Origin: Octopus sinensis
Lineage: Eukaryota
NCBI RefSeq assembly: GCF_006345805.1
Contig: NC_042997.1
Location: forward strand, 89,900,001-89,964,000
Length of the DNA stretch: 64,000 nt
Reading direction: 5' to 3'
Part shown: positions 38,077-52,834 of the stretch, in pieces
Position numbering within the stretch: position 1 is the first letter of the stretch
Layout of the letters: the number at the start of each line of letters is the position of its first letter
The notes under the pieces: model-generated
Told to the model about the DNA's origin: nothing
The model's input: only the letters and a program-made list of their open reading frames with translations
Databases searched by the model: none
Position numbers and translations under genes: made by a program

Positions 38077-38241
38077 TTAAAATTTGTAGTGACTTTGGTG
38101 ATTTTACCTGTGTTCTTTTCATTTGTAGGGATGGTGTCAAGTACAACGCCTTTTTGCTATTCTCACAACTTTACATTAAGATCAGTGATTCTCAAACTCA
38201 AAAATACCGGTTTTGCCCCACTATATTTGTGACATTTTTTG

Positions 38242-38322
<81 letters not shown>

Positions 38323-40932
38323 TAAATAGATTTGGTATCCATATAATGCTTCTTTTTTCAAAATGTTTTGACATGTTTAAGAAGCTGGAAGCCATCTTAA
38401 TTTTTTTTTATTAAAAATGACAATTTGTCTGCCTTCTTCACAATTTTCACTCTCATGCACACCACACTCCTATGAGAACTACTGCTTTAAGATGATTCCT
38501 AAATATATGATGATGGTTATAATAATTGAGCTTCGTTGCTATGGCAGATTTTGACTGGCTTAGCAAATTAAAAAGGGTCTTCACTATTGAATATATAACT
38601 TAAATAAAGAAGAAAAAATATTGTGAAGGATTGTTATGAATTTTCATATGAAACCTTTTAAGACTGTCAATAAATTGAAGATAGCAACAAAATATGCATT
38701 AAAATTATTTTCATATCCATCAGGTATTTTATTGTGGATCTCATAGTATTCCACTCACTTTGACAGTGAATAGGATCAATAAAAGAGGATCAATAAAACC
38801 TAAACTGATGATTCTGAAATTTCTAGACAAAAATTATTTTCTCATAATTTCTAATATGTTTCAAGCTCTCTGTTTTATGTATGCTATTTTCTGCAATGAT
38901 TAAAAACAATTTTCTGTGGAATACAGCACAAAAAAAAAAAAAAAAAAGTAGAGAGCTTCTTCCTTCATTTCATATGCTGTAAATGTAGACAGTCAAATAT
39001 TATATTTCAAGGAAGACATGTGTAGTAAGTATCCTCTTTAAAGGCATTTTAAAATCCATTTGATTTTTAAATGTGTGTTTAGAATGTTCATTTATCACAT
39101 GTGTATTTGATATTTTTATGACTTTGATATCATTCAATGGAGAAACAGTAAATCAAATCTCTGTTGGTTTTGATGATTAGTATTCAGCTGTTAGATTGGC
39201 TGAACTACCTATTTTTCACATTAATATATAAGTGGCTGTGTATACCACAATCTTCTGTATCCTTAATATAATTCTCAGGCAGAATCAACTGTGACACAGT
39301 TGGACTTTGGAATTATTGGTACAAATACAGCTAGCAGGCTCCTGAACAGTTTTATTTACAAATCCTCCTCATCATCATCCTCATTTAGCACCCATTTCCA
39401 TGCTGGAAGGGGTTGGACAGTCTGACCAGATCTGGCAAGTTAAGGACCAAGACCAGGTTCCTGTTGGATTTGGCTTGGTTTCTACAGCTGGATGCCCTTC
39501 CTAACACCAACCACTTTATAAAGTGTGCTTGGTGCTTTTTACATGGTCTGGCATAGGTGCTTTTTACATGGTCTGACATAGGTGCTTTTTACATGGTCTG
39601 GCATAGGTGCTTTTTATGTTGTACCAGCACAGTTCTTTTTACATATCACTGGCATGGGTGCTTTTTATGTTGCACCAACATAGGTAATTTTTACATGGCA
39701 CTAGTATGGGTGGTTTTTATGTGGCATCAGTATGGGGCTCTTACAAGGCAAAACCCCCTTCAACTGGGAGGAGAGCATTAACAATTCTACTGTGGTGGAT
39801 ATGTCTTCTTGAGTACAACAAGGCACATCTGTGTTAATTTAAAATAAAGCCTATGTCCAACAAACAACACTAATTGCAACAACCATAACTATTCTACTCT
39901 TTTAACAGATCTTACCAAAAAATTTTTTAGCATGTGTATGAAATGTGCATCAGGCCCAAAATAAAAAAGACAAAATTCTTTACAATTTGCTACTGGAAAC
40001 AACAATAATAGACTAAAAATTAGTTAATTAAAAATATAATTGCTTTTTTTTCCTCTTAAAAAAAGCATTTACAAACACTGATCAATGAAAACAGTTTACT
40101 ATCATTATGGAAATTATTGATTAGGTAATGTTCAATAATAACAATAATTATGTTAATAATTGTTTCAAATTTTGGCACAAGACCAGCAGTTTTAATGGGA
40201 GGAGGATAGTTGATTACATTGACCCCAGTACATGAGTGGTACTTTATTTCATTGACCCTGAAAGGATGAAAGGGAAACTTGACCTGGGCAGGTTTTGAAC
40301 TCAACATGTAAAGAGCTGGAGGAAATGCTGCTAAGCATTTTTACTGATGCAGATAATGATTATAACAACAACAACAACAACAATAATAACAATCCTTTTT
40401 ACTATAGGCACAAGGCCTGAAATTTGCAGGGAGGGGACTAGTTGATAACATTGACCCCTGTACTCATCTGGTACTTAATTTATCAACCCCAAAAGAATGA
40501 AAGGCAAAATCGACCTTGGCAGAATTTGAACTCAGGATGTAAAACTAGAAGAATGCTGCAAAGTATTTTTTCTGCTAGCTCATTGCCTTAATAATAATAA
40601 TAATAATAACAACAACAATAAAAATTAGAATAATGATAATGATAAAAATAAAGTATGTAAATCTATAATTTATAGTACTCAAATTCATGCTGGTGTCAAA
40701 ACATTATACATTATTTTGGACAGAAATTTTTAAAGCCTGAACAAAATGGGACTCTTCATTATCTGGTGTCTTTATTCTCTATTTATATACTCATTTCTTT
40801 CAGTTGTTGTTTAATCCTGAGTCATTCCTCATGGAGACGATTTATGATTAAAGAGGTTCCAGTCATGACTATCTCATCTTTTATTCCAAGCCTTCTGTAT
40901 CTAATACTACATTATCTAATCTAGTTTTAAGT

Positions 40933-40971
<39 letters not shown>

Positions 40972-41139
40972 TTCTTCTTCTTCTTCTTCTTCTTCTTCTC
41001 ATTGTTGCTAAGGTAAATAAGGTGTGATTATAAGGGAAATTTAACTGCTAACTTTCACAGATTTAGCATGAATATAGGGACTTTGTTGGTTTGTTCTTTT
41101 TTCCCTTCTATTTTCCAATTTCTATTTATCCAACTTCAC

Positions 41140-41404
41140 CCATCACCTGGGAGGGTTGTGTGGCTAGAGTCCTCAGGCACCTCCTCCATAGGGTTCTAAC
41201 AGAAGCAACTATCAGATTTTTCTGACTTGATTACCAAGAATGATCAGCCAAGACTATGGATATTATCCAACCATTTTGTTTTTTGGTTTCCCTAGGTCTC
41301 CTGCTGATTAGCTTGGCTTCAAGAATCCATCCTGCAAGTCTTTCCTGTGACATTCTAATCACATGTCCATAATACCAGAGCTGTGACTTCTCAATGTGGA
41401 GATG
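41140..41404 (-). mobile_element. RTE-type LINE 3' fragment abutting or cut by the mariner at 41405
   Basis: ORF 41231..41419 has IEKSQLWYYGHVIRMSQERL...RRPR. Confidence 0.7.
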
Positions 41405-42305
41405 TATGAGGGGTATCAAAAAGTTCCTGGACTAGTTATGTTTAATAAAAAATAACTTATTTACCTAAGTTTTAATATCATCTACTTTGAAATAGTCCCC
41501 TTGTGCAGCAATACACTGGTCCCAGCATTCCTGCTACTTTTGGAATTGGGCCTGGAAGTCGTTTTCCATAAGCAAGTCGAGGGCCTTCTGCAATTCACTC
41601 TTGATCTGGACAACAGTGTTAAAACAGTGACTTTTGAGCTGCATTTTCATCTTGGGGAAGAGCTGGAAGTCCGCAGGTGCTAAATCTGATGAATAGGACA
41701 GGTGCAGAAGTGATACTACGTTTTTGGTGAGAAACTCAGGAGTGAGGAGAGCTTGGTGATGATGCATTGTTGTCATGAAAAATCCAATTCTTCACGCTCC
41801 ACAGATCTGGTCACTTTCACCAAACGTCCTCCCTCATATGCTTCAAAATGTCGCAGTAGAACTCTTGGTTGATTTCTGACTTTGGGGTATGAATTCTTGA
41901 TGTACAATATACATTTCCGAGAGTTACACTTATGGCAAGTCTTCCAGATCACTCATCATCTTCTAGAGAGGTTCTTGCAATTTTAAAGCACCCATGCCAC
42001 TCAAAACATTGTGTATGGTCCATTGCCTCATCGTCATAAGTTTGCCAGGACATGCTCGATATCTCTATAGCAGACTTCCCAAGTCTAACACAAAATTTCA
42101 TGTTGGCTCTTTCCTGTCCATGTCAAAATCACAGACTGCAGCATACTCATAATTACAAAAACACAAATTTCACAACGTGCAAAGTAAACACAGCAGTGTC
42201 ACTCAGCACACTGCCTCATGAAGGTTAATGCTAGCACACAACTGTGTACTGCCATGTATTGGCATGGTACAGAAATAGTCTGGGAACTTTTAATACTGCC
42301 TTGTA
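41405..42305 (-). mobile_element. Non-autonomous mariner (901 bp), same family, TA at both ends
   Basis: TA-tgaggggtatcaaaaagttcc ... gggaacttttaatactgccttg-TA. ORF 41534..41776 has YSSDLAPADFQLFPKMKMQLKSHCF, the mariner YSPDLAPxD motif. Confidence 0.9.
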
Positions 42306-45300
42306 GCAGCCTGACCTGGAGAGACTTCTTGGTTTCTGAGTTAGTTACAACCTGTCAAGTAATGTTACTCTAGAGATTCTTTTGTGGAACCCCATTTCTG
42401 CTGCTTATATGTGCTCTGTCACTATCCTTTAACATTTATGTTTACCATACCACCACCCCCCGTCTCTCTTCATCCCATTTCTTAAATTACATCTTGATTG
42501 ATGTGAATTTTAAACTTTAGGATAAACCTGTTCTGACAAATTTTATCAGCTGCTTTTTGTGTCAGACCTTTGTTAGTCCCTTTAATAATTGTGTTTTGGT
42601 AATGAAATTTTCTCAAATTCTTTTATTTCCTTCCACTCCCTACCATTACACACACCTATTATTTTGTTACCATTCTTTCTCAGCTAGCCTTTCCTCCCCT
42701 CTACACCACTGATATCTAGGGTGTTGTAGCTCAACTCAAAGGTTAGTCCTGGTCAAGCAAATACTATGATCAATGGAATTCTAGCCATGACTGTCATTGT
42801 TTATATATCTATGATTACTTTCAGCAGCTATGCTCTTCCTCTTTCTCAATCAGTAGAATGTATTCAAAAGAGATTTTGCTTCTGTTTCTAGCGCAAGATG
42901 ACTTCTGTGGAGGGTTCGTTGCTGGTGGTGTTATTTTCTGCTGTAGGAAACTCAAAATATCCTTTTGACAAAGAACAATTAACCCTACTCCATCAAAAAT
43001 AAAAACAAAAACAAAAACCAAAAAACAACATCCAAAACCCCATTTTATTTCATTCTTATTATGGTGTAGGTAGTAGTAGTACTAGTGGTGGTGATGATGG
43101 TTGTAGTAATAGTTGTAGTTGTTGTAGTGGTAGTATTGTGGTGTCAGTGTTGTAGTTGTAATATTGGTAATGGTGGTGGTAGTAATAGCAGCAGTAGTTT
43201 ATTGGAGCGAGTGTGAAACAGTAAGTAGTTAAATCTGTTTTAAAGATTACTTGATTCTTAAAAATCAAAGCAGGTGGACAGCTTTTTTTCTTTTTTCTTC
43301 AACATTATCTCTTACTTTCCTTTTTCTTCATCTTTTATCTCTTATTTTCCATTTTCCATGCAGTCTCTTCCCCCACTCCCAGTCTGTCTTTGCTATTGTG
43401 CTATTGCTATTATACAACAGTTAAAATGGTACATATTCCTTTTTTAATTTAATATTTTTCTTCTCTGCACTCACCCACATTTATCCCCCATGCCTCCACA
43501 CTTTCTCCCCTCTTTTCAATATGCCTCCACCTCTCCTAACTTATTTCTTACACTGTCAGCTTCCACTGTTTCAATGAAATATATTGAATTTCCCCAAGTT
43601 TTCAATAATATTTTTTCGATCATTTATTTTAGTTTTTGTTTATTGTTGTATATCTAAAGCAATAATAGCTCTGATATTTTCCTTTTTCTTGATTTTAAAC
43701 TCTGTACGAAAGTGATTTTAAAATTTGCATTTCAGTCAAAGCCAAAAGCAAGAAACTGCAAGTGCATGTTTGATGAGACTTGATGCCATAAATAACACTG
43801 CAAAAACTGTAATGCATGCTGACATACATTATGTATATGTAGCCTGATTCTTTTCACTGGAAAATTTGGTTCTCTGCCATCTTCAAACTCTCAGATAATT
43901 TTCAAAAATATTGAACTCTTATAAAGGAATGAAGGTTACCCTTTGCCATGTTGAACCAAAAGGTTTTTCTTTTGGTTGTGTAAAGAAGTTATTGGACTAT
44001 TTTTTGAAATGTGTTGAGTTCAAATTCAGTTTACTACTATTGTACTTCAGTTTCATCTAATTTGTTATGAATAGGTACCAAGTCTTTTGAAAATGTTGCT
44101 TGAAATGGACTGATATTCTTATAAGGGGAGATTTTTTTATCTCTCATCTAACTCAGATCAATAAAATGTTGCTAAGTACAGAGATAAAAAAAAAAGTAAG
44201 AATAGAGTATGACATTGATTTAGAAGTCATTTACATTACATTCACTTCAGTAGTCTCCTAATAATTTTTTTCATTGATATGATATGAGGGATCTGTTTTA
44301 TGAGCAATAGAAGGCTTGTAGATTGTTCAAAGGAGAATGCTTATCTGAATCTGAACTGCAAATATGAACTTAGCATATAAACTAATGTAATAAATTGCCC
44401 TCATTGTATGCATTTGTGGCTGTACCTCCACTGTCAGATACAATAAGCTGACGAGGGTTAAGTGTCTTGAAAACAAATACAGGCAAATGACACTGACTAG
44501 ATGTGAATTAACAATCTTTCATTGAACTAGTTAATTGGTTGGTTATCTGCCTCACTTGCTAACTAATCCAGTTAATAATTAATTGATGATATTAACATAT
44601 TGGTGGAGGATAAGAGCTGTAAACTGTGATACAGAACTTATACAGAGCTTACACATACATGCATGCACACATATGCTACTAGAATTGTTGAGCCAATAAG
44701 GAAGGCTCTGTCTTTCTGAATGGCATGCCAATGAAAAGTTATCTTGAATTTTCTTTTGTAGTGTGGCCTGCCTGATGATAAGACATGTTGTGCAATCCAC
44801 TTCTTGTGAAAGGTTACTCATGCCTGTTCTATGTGATCAGTTGACCTACTTAAAACGGCAACTAAATTTCACAAAGTCAAACCCTCACTTTCTTAAATAA
44901 AAGAAAAGAACCATATGACAATATGGTTCTAAAAATATTAAGTGATGGAATGGTCATGGATGGAACATTTGCTGTCAGAAGTAGATTTGATCAGATCTGT
45001 ATTACAAGTGATAAGCAACAAAAACCACAAAAGCTATTGGTGCTGTTGTCTGAAAGAATGTAGTTTTTATCCTTTATCTATATACACCAGACTGACAACT
45101 ATGTTGTGTTACAATTCATACTGCACTGTACATTAACTTCTATTATATTGTCAAACTAATCACCTTCTCATCTTGGATTTATAGAGTTGGTGGAGGTGTT
45201 GATGTTGGGGGTGACATTGCTTTATGTTCCTGTCTTTTTCTAAAACATTAACAATGTAAATGAAGTGGAAACAAGAAAAATTGCTTCAAGTGGGGAAACT

Positions 45301-45424
45301 GATGATGGGATGTGAACACAGCTGTGCTTCTTGGCTGCAAGGTTTCTTCTACATCACACTGCAGTAGATTTTTAATTAGGGATAATGGAGGTGTTAGTTG
45401 GTAAAGTATTAGTTTGTAGTATGG

Positions 45425-45715
45425 CTTTTACTACAGGTGGTGATGAGAGAGAGAGTGATAGTTGTATTACAGGAGGTTGATACTACACATGGTGTTGAGA
45501 GAGAGAGCACTGACTGTATTATGGCTGATACAACTGATGGTGATGATGTCAGAGACTGCCAACTGTTATACTTACAGGTGACGATGAGGGGAAGTGTTGG
45601 CTGTATTCCTGCTGATACTACAGGATATTGTGAAAGAGTGTGTGTGCTGGCTGTATTATGGCTGATATTTCATATGGTGAAAGACAGTTTGACTGTATTG
45701 TGAGATAGTAATGAA
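45425..45715. repeat. Degenerate minisatellite, unit of about 50 bp (ctgtattatggctgatactacaggtg...gagagag)
   Basis: ctgtatt...gctgata and actacagg recur several times. Confidence 0.6.
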
Positions 45716-45922
45716 GGAGCTTATTTAATTGTATTACAGTTAATGCAGTAGATACCAGATAAAGCACTGGGGTTGATATAACCAATAAGATAAAAACCTC
45801 TTGAATCTGACACCTCAGAGTGGCCACAATCAATGACAAGAGCTGGTAAAACAATAAAAGAATTCTAATACTTGCAGTAGCATCATCCTCTGGGTAGTTT
45901 TCTGGTAGTTTATGTAATATAT

Positions 45923-45959
<37 letters not shown>

Positions 45960-47614
45960 TACGTTGTCTAATGTATCTTTCCCTACTTTAAGGTGTAATT
46001 TGAGGGAAATTTGGCTACTATTTATATGGTGAGCTATGGGTTTATATAAAAGGAAGTATGAATTATATTGGGAGAGTGTGCTAAGTTTCAGTTACATATA
46101 TAGATATACTAACATTAGCTGCATTATATTTACTGTATCTGTTTTGTTCACTGTGTAACATAAAATTATAACTATCTGCTTCCATCCCATTTGCACTGTC
46201 TGGTTCCATTCCATTTGCATCTGTTGCAGTTTTTGTGAAAACATGATATTTAACAGAGTGGGGCCTCATTCCCAGCTCTCACTTTGTTAGACCAGGTACT
46301 GCTTTTGTCTGGCTTCTGCTCTGAAACCTGCTCCATTTGACTGGACCTGCTGGGTGTCTGACTGTTATTAATATAGTCTTCAGTATACAAACAATATAGA
46401 ATATATCTGGAAGAATTACAGAAAAAAACTGTAAATTCATATCTAATCGTATTATGAAGATTTATTTTATTGCTTTAAAATGTTTATGGATTTTTCCATA
46501 CTAGCCAAAATGTTGCCTTCTGGATGAGCTTTTGTCTAGCTCTCTGCAGAGGGCTGTTGGACCTTCAGCCTAAAGTAAGGTTGTAAAATTGAAAAACCTA
46601 TATAAAAAAGAAATATGAAATAGCATAAATAGTTCTTTATGTACATAAATGATATTTATCATGTGAAAGTTTGTTGAGTCAGAACTTCACCCAATCTCCT
46701 GAAGCCTTACTACAGCTAATTTTTAGTGACTTGTCTATTCTAAAACTTCTGATTATATTGAATCAAGACTTCAGTGGATCTTCTTGCTGGATTAGAAGGC
46801 TTTTGATTTATTTTTCAATATATGATTGCTGGTCCCTTTTAATCTTGTTTTGTCACCGTTCTATCTTGATATCAATATGTGCTACATTATTTCAATGAAA
46901 ATAAATATTTTTGCCATTTGCAAATTATAGGTTTGACTTTTAAAAAACCATATGACATAAAGAACTTTTTCTTCATGGCGAACGAACTCATTATGAGGAA
47001 ACTGACTATTCATGTTCTATAGATTTCATCTGGAGGGAAACAATTTGATCAATAATAAAAGCATCTTGTCAAGAGTGCTTTACTACTGTTGCATATGCAA
47101 AAGTCAGTGCAGATCCAAAAATGTTAATTATTTTCACTGCGTATCATCCAGTTTCTGAGTAGGTCAAATATAATTTCCTAATCAGAATCCAGTTTGTTTG
47201 CTTTCTATAATTCTACTACCATTGTTAGACTTCATAGTTTGAATCTTACTACTTGTAAGAACTAGATGTGTTATAGGTGATCTGAATTTAAATTAATAAA
47301 TGTGAATTTCTGTATTTGCCTGCATGGCTTCACACACACACATGTGTGCGTGTGAGGAAGTTGTAAGATGATGTACAAGCACTCACCTTTTAGTAAACTG
47401 CATCTTATAGCAGAAACATCTGTAAGCTAATGAAGTGGATTATGTAATCCCTGTTCCCTTTGTTTCCTTGTCATTTATTTAATTTCATATTACACTTTGT
47501 ACTTCCTTAACTCTTTATTCTGAAACATATGTATATTGAGTTCTAACACCAGTTTATTAGTATCACTAAGCTTAAATGAAATCTTTATATGATATATATA
47601 TATATATATATATT

Positions 47615-48190
47615 AGGTTGGCAACTAAGTTCCCGCTGTTTTTTTTAATTAAAATTTTTTTTAAAGGTTTAATAAAAAATAACAACTAATTAATCAATAA
47701 TGTATTCACCCTTGTTGTTTACAACTTCTTCCCAATGTTCAACAAGATTTTCAAAACCTCGTTGGTAGAAATCACCCGATTTCAACTCGAAAATTGATCC
47801 AACCAAGCTCTCAATTCTGTATCAGTATTGAACGAAACTCCGCGCATAGCATTTGAAAGAGATAGAAAGAGGTGGAAATCCGTTGGTGCCAAATCAGGCA
47901 GCTCTTCCCAGCTATGTGTTTGAATGGCTTCCTTGGTCATATTGGCGATATGAGGGTGGGTGTTGTCATACAGCAGAAGAACTCCATACTGACGATTAGG
48001 TCTTTTCTCTTGAATAGCCGTGTTGAGTCGTTCCATCTGTTGAACATCGAGTTCTGCGTTGACTGTTTGGTTCCATTCAACCAATTTGTAATGGATAATC
48101 CCTTCTCAGTCCCACCATATTCACAACATCGTTTTTTTGCAGATGACGATCTTGTTTCACACGTAGTGTCACTTGTTTACCGGGGCTAAG
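47615..48190 (-). mobile_element. Mariner fragment (second family), 5'-truncated, one terminal repeat abutting (TA)n
   Basis: Terminal repeat ttaggttggcaactaagttcccgctg. ORF 47782..48084 has LLYDNTHPH...PDLAPTDFHLFLSLSN. CpGs are retained, which suggests relative youth. Confidence 0.88.
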
Positions 48191-49914
48191 CCATTCCTTA
48201 TGCTGCTTCATATTGATGTTTTTCATGTTTTTCAAGTAAGGTATTTTATTCCATTAGGCTTTCATATGCTGAAACTGCTGAGCTACAGGATATATTGTTT
48301 ACGAGGGATGTACACATAACATCACCATCACCCAAATAGTGTCTGTGGAAAGTCATATGAAACAAAACATACACATGTGCATGCACTTGCTCGCACACAT
48401 GCATCCTTCCGCTTGGTTTTTAGCTATTGAATTTCACTCAAAAGGCATTGGTCAGTTTGAAATATTAGTAGATGATGCTTGTTCAAGGTGTTCCACAGTG
48501 GGATTAAATTGAAAACTTAGATGATCTTAGTTGATAGAGTATTTGAGCTCAAACATCATTGTAGCCCTTGTGTTATGCCCCTGCTCACCACAGACAACTT
48601 AGCTAACAGTCGTCTTCTGCTTGACTAATGGAGGATGGCCATCAAACTATTAAAAAATTTTCTTCAACAATTATGGGGACATTGAAATTTATAAATACCA
48701 TTTTCCTAGCCAAAGACATACATGGAAAAAAAATTGATTTAAAAAAAATATCTGCCTTGTGTGGCCTTAATATAGATTATAACGATGGTGATCATAGAAA
48801 TGACCTGGATAATACAATCAGCTTGAATTTATCAATGGTCTCATGATTGGTAGGGTTAGAGAGAAGCATAAAAGTACTCTGAACCTTTTAATCATGATAG
48901 TTTCATTCCCTCCTTTCGATGTTGATGTTTGCTTATAACAAGTAAGGATTTAGATTTTTGCCAAACAACTTTTGAATCATGTGAAAGCTCTCTCATTTAT
49001 GCAACTGAACTGTCAAATTCAGTATTTGCCTTTTGGATCATTTCCAAATTATTACTGTCGAAGGAGAGTGAATAAATCTCTTTCTGTTGCTAAAAATGGT
49101 AATAATAGTAAATGAGCTTAGGATCCTATGTTTAGAGATACATGGCATTTTAGATGGGAACAATTCTAAAACCTATTGTTCTTATATAACTCTGTGGTGT
49201 TTCAGTTTCTAATTTGGTTGTAAATGTCTCACCATACCATCATTATCAACTCTATTGCTATTTCTGTAGCATCTACATATAGTAATCACATGGTTAAACA
49301 CTTTCTTCTTGTAATTGTCCTTCATTCACAGATATGACTCTCTGATTCTTAATTTTCCAGCTCAGTGGCAGTGTGTGTGTGTGTCATAAACATCTGGACA
49401 CTAGAAAAATAAACTTTATTTTTTTTAAATAATCCTTATTGGTATAAAAAACTGAAAATTAAAGAAGAGTAAAAGAAGAAATTATTTTAACTTTTTGTTT
49501 TTTTTAAAAAAGAAAGAAGTTGGAATTTGACTGTATTAGAAACCTGTCTGAACCTAAATTTATCCATTTTACCCTTCTTCCACCCACCAACCCAGTAAAT
49601 ATAGCATTAATTAAAAGGCTTAAGAAATAAGAATATATTAACAAAGTGTCAAAAAATTACTTGTTTATATGAAAATACTTTACAGTCCTTCTGCTTGCAT
49701 ATGTCTGAAATGGAAAAAAATGTTTAAATAAAAGAATTTTATTCTAATTCTATATTTTAAAAATTTCTGTTAGGCAACATGATTAATGTTGAAGTCTTTC
49801 AGAGTTTTACTCTTGAAATTCTATTAATACTGGACAGATCAACTAAATACACACACTGATACACATGTTACAATTTCTGAAATGCTACTGTTGTGTTAAA
49901 ATGCATTTTGTCAT

Positions 49915-50125
49915 AAGTGGGTGGGTCCTCAGTATCATCATATATCACCAGTCGGTGCAGTGTTTTGTCATACCCTTCAGGAGATGCAGCATCTTTAGGA
50001 CAGCCTTCACCACTACATAACAAGCCTTCTTTGCATCCATATTCTACAGGTTCCACTAACTCAGAGTGCTCAGCACTTTTGTATGCAGCAGTCATCCTCT
50101 ATATACATCACATGACATACCCATA
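49915..50125 (-). mobile_element. RTE LINE 3' end relic
   Basis: Broken minus-strand frames read WY.HVM..EDDCCIQKC..L.VSGTC and VVVKAVLKMLHLLKGMTK..DW. Confidence 0.6.
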
Positions 50126-50609
50126 TTAGTGCAACCTCCTTTCTTGCACACTACACCTGATTTCTCTTGCACCCAGTTTGAACACACATGCACACACATT
50201 TTCTCTCTCTCTCTCTCTCTAATGTCTTAAGGATTTTATAAACTTTTGAGAGAATAGTGTATCTTGAAGCACACATAAATGTATAAATAGATTGCATGTA
50301 AATATGGGGGTGAAAAACCCATTTGGACAGCCTTCAGCTTTTTCTATCCAAAAGGGTGTTTCAGCCCAATATTTTCACATTATTTGTAGCTATGTGTGTA
50401 CTAAGAGATGCACTATTCCATATAGAAAATGATGACCATCATTACATTTATGTGTTTTTCCATGCTGGCATGAAAAATTATTGGGAGTAAATTTTCTATA
50501 TTTGGATGCTCTTCCTGTTGCTAACCATTGCTTGTTTTATAAGAAGGTATTTTTCATTCCACTGCACAGGTTTGCTGAGCTATAGGATATTATTATACTA
50601 GCAAATGTA

Positions 50610-50888
50610 AACAGTGCCACTCCCTGTGACTTTTGGTTGTTCTTCAAACTGAAGGAGAAACTTGGGGGCAGTCATTTTTAAGACCTTGAGAAGATGGAGG
50701 TTGTGACAAGGATCTAGGGCACCTTCATTTTGGAGGACTGCCATGGGGGCTTCACAAAGTGGTTGGAGCACTACAAGTGCATTGAAATCAGAGGATTCTA
50801 CTTTGAAGGAGATTAGAATTTTATATTTCTTTGAAATCGATAAATGTTTCTCCTGAAAAAGCCTGAAAACTTCTGGAATGCATCTTGT
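50610..50888 (+). mobile_element. Mariner 3'-end fragment (third family)
   Basis: Translates as TPCDFWLFFKLKEKLGGSHF and WLEHYKCIEIRGFYFEGD*, then a TIR-like aaaacttctggaatgcatcttg. Confidence 0.7.
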
Positions 50889-52834
50889 CTGTGTGGTACT
50901 GTAGTTTGTATTAATACATTTAATGCAGGAAGCATCAGGAAAGCTAACTTGAAATAACTATGTAGTGAGGTTTAAAAAAAAACAGTATTAAACAATGCCT
51001 GATATTATTTGCTTCAGGGTTGGCAGCTGTGGTTGTCTGGCACACAAAAATAGGCCAGTAGTTTCTAAATATTTTAAGCTCATTTGCAGCATACTTGTCA
51101 GGCCCAACAATCAAACAATGAATGTTGATGTTTTATTAGTTATTTGAAGTATACATTTTTTTAAAATTCTATTTTACATTTGTTTCTCGATGCTTGCAAT
51201 GGGTGGTATGCTTTATTGGAGGTTGTAGTTTTTCATAGCTTAATGCCCTTTCTACAATTTTGAGTTTTAACCTCTGAACACTTTAAAGTAGCAAAGGTGC
51301 ACGGCCTCGTGGATTTGGTGTTGCACTTATTATTGCAAGATTGTGGTTTTGATACCTGGACTAGGCAGTGCATTGTGTACTCGAGCAAAGCACTTCATTT
51401 CATGTTGCTCCAGTCCACTCAGCTGTGAGTCACTCTGTAATGAACTGGCATCCCATTGAGGGTGGAATGTTCTGATCTCAGTCACTTATACACTATGGAA
51501 GCTGGATAACTTACCCTATGAATCCAGGAACTTAAGAGAGTGATGTCCAGGGGTTACCTACTGCTTTACAGTAGGAATTGACTTATTGTCTTTTTGTATT
51601 GCTATTTTTATTTATTATTTATTTATCATTTTATTCAGTCAGGTAAACCTTTGCAAATGCTTTGTGCAGGATGATTACCTTACAATGGTTGATATAAGAT
51701 CTGAACTTATGACTATATGATCAGTTTATCAGCACTTTAAACTCACAATCACTGAAATATATTAATTTGTGCATTGTTTGGTTCATGTAGAATTACTTTA
51801 TATATCCCATTGTACTTTAGTGCTCCACTTAGGAATGCCAGAATTGAGTTTAATGTAGAAGGCTGAGATAAATTTCAAGTGCTGTATGTGAAAAGCAAAA
51901 AGAAAGCTCTATTTCTTTTGTTATTGCCTAATTATGATGTATTTACACAGCAATAAACAGTTTTCTGTTTCGCAATTAATAAATTTTCTATTGTTCTGTG
52001 ATAAGTTGTCAAGGTGTGTTTGTTTGTTTGTTTGTGTGTGTGTGTGCACGTGCATATTTGTGTGTATGCAAATGCATGAGAGTGTATGTGTGTGTGTGTG
52101 TGTGCGCATGCATACACAGATGGACCACTTCACAAAAATCACAATCTTAATATTGTTTATAGAGTTAATTAGCTTGAATGTTGGCTCGCCACTGTAGCCA
52201 AATAGTTGTGTCAACATTAGCTTAAAGCCATAATTAGTCAATGGATATGTTGACAGAACTGACTCCACCTAGGAATGTTTATTTACCTGAGAACAATGAA
52301 ATTGTGTTCTTTGGATTGGAAATATATGGAAGTAAAAAAATGCCAAAGAAGGCTGGATTTGTTCAGAAGAATTAATTATGTAGTATATTCTTCATGAGAC
52401 TTGTTTATCCATAGCAGCAAAAGAAAACAAACATGATGTTTATGATAATGATTAATATTATTCTCTGTTGAATGCAGTTTTTTCTCGCTTCCTTTTTTGA
52501 GGAAGGTATCATTTCTGTTACGTAGATATTGTTTTCTAATTAAATGGTATTTAATACATTAATGATATTATCAATCTATATAGCATGGAAAATTATTATT
52601 TCTTGATAATTTTTGTCAGTGGAGATAATATAATTGATATCATTAACCTGGGTAACTATCTAGTGACAATTCATCATCTTGCTGAGTCCAGAGGGAAGAA
52701 GGCTGCATTGAAATTTGAACTTGGATTAATAATTCATCATTTTATGAATAACATAAAACCACAGCTTGACTTTATGCTGTCTCATTTTAATCACCTAATA
52801 GTAATAATAATAATAATCATAATTATGATAATGA

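Noticed and set aside
38800-38825. ctgatgattctgaaa hammerhead-like motif
   Set aside because: No stem II and no flanking stems I or III.
52585-52830. N-terminal part of the 136-aa ORF as a host exon
   Set aside because: AT-rich intron plus microsatellite read-through into the RLE fragment; no SPPL3 similarity.
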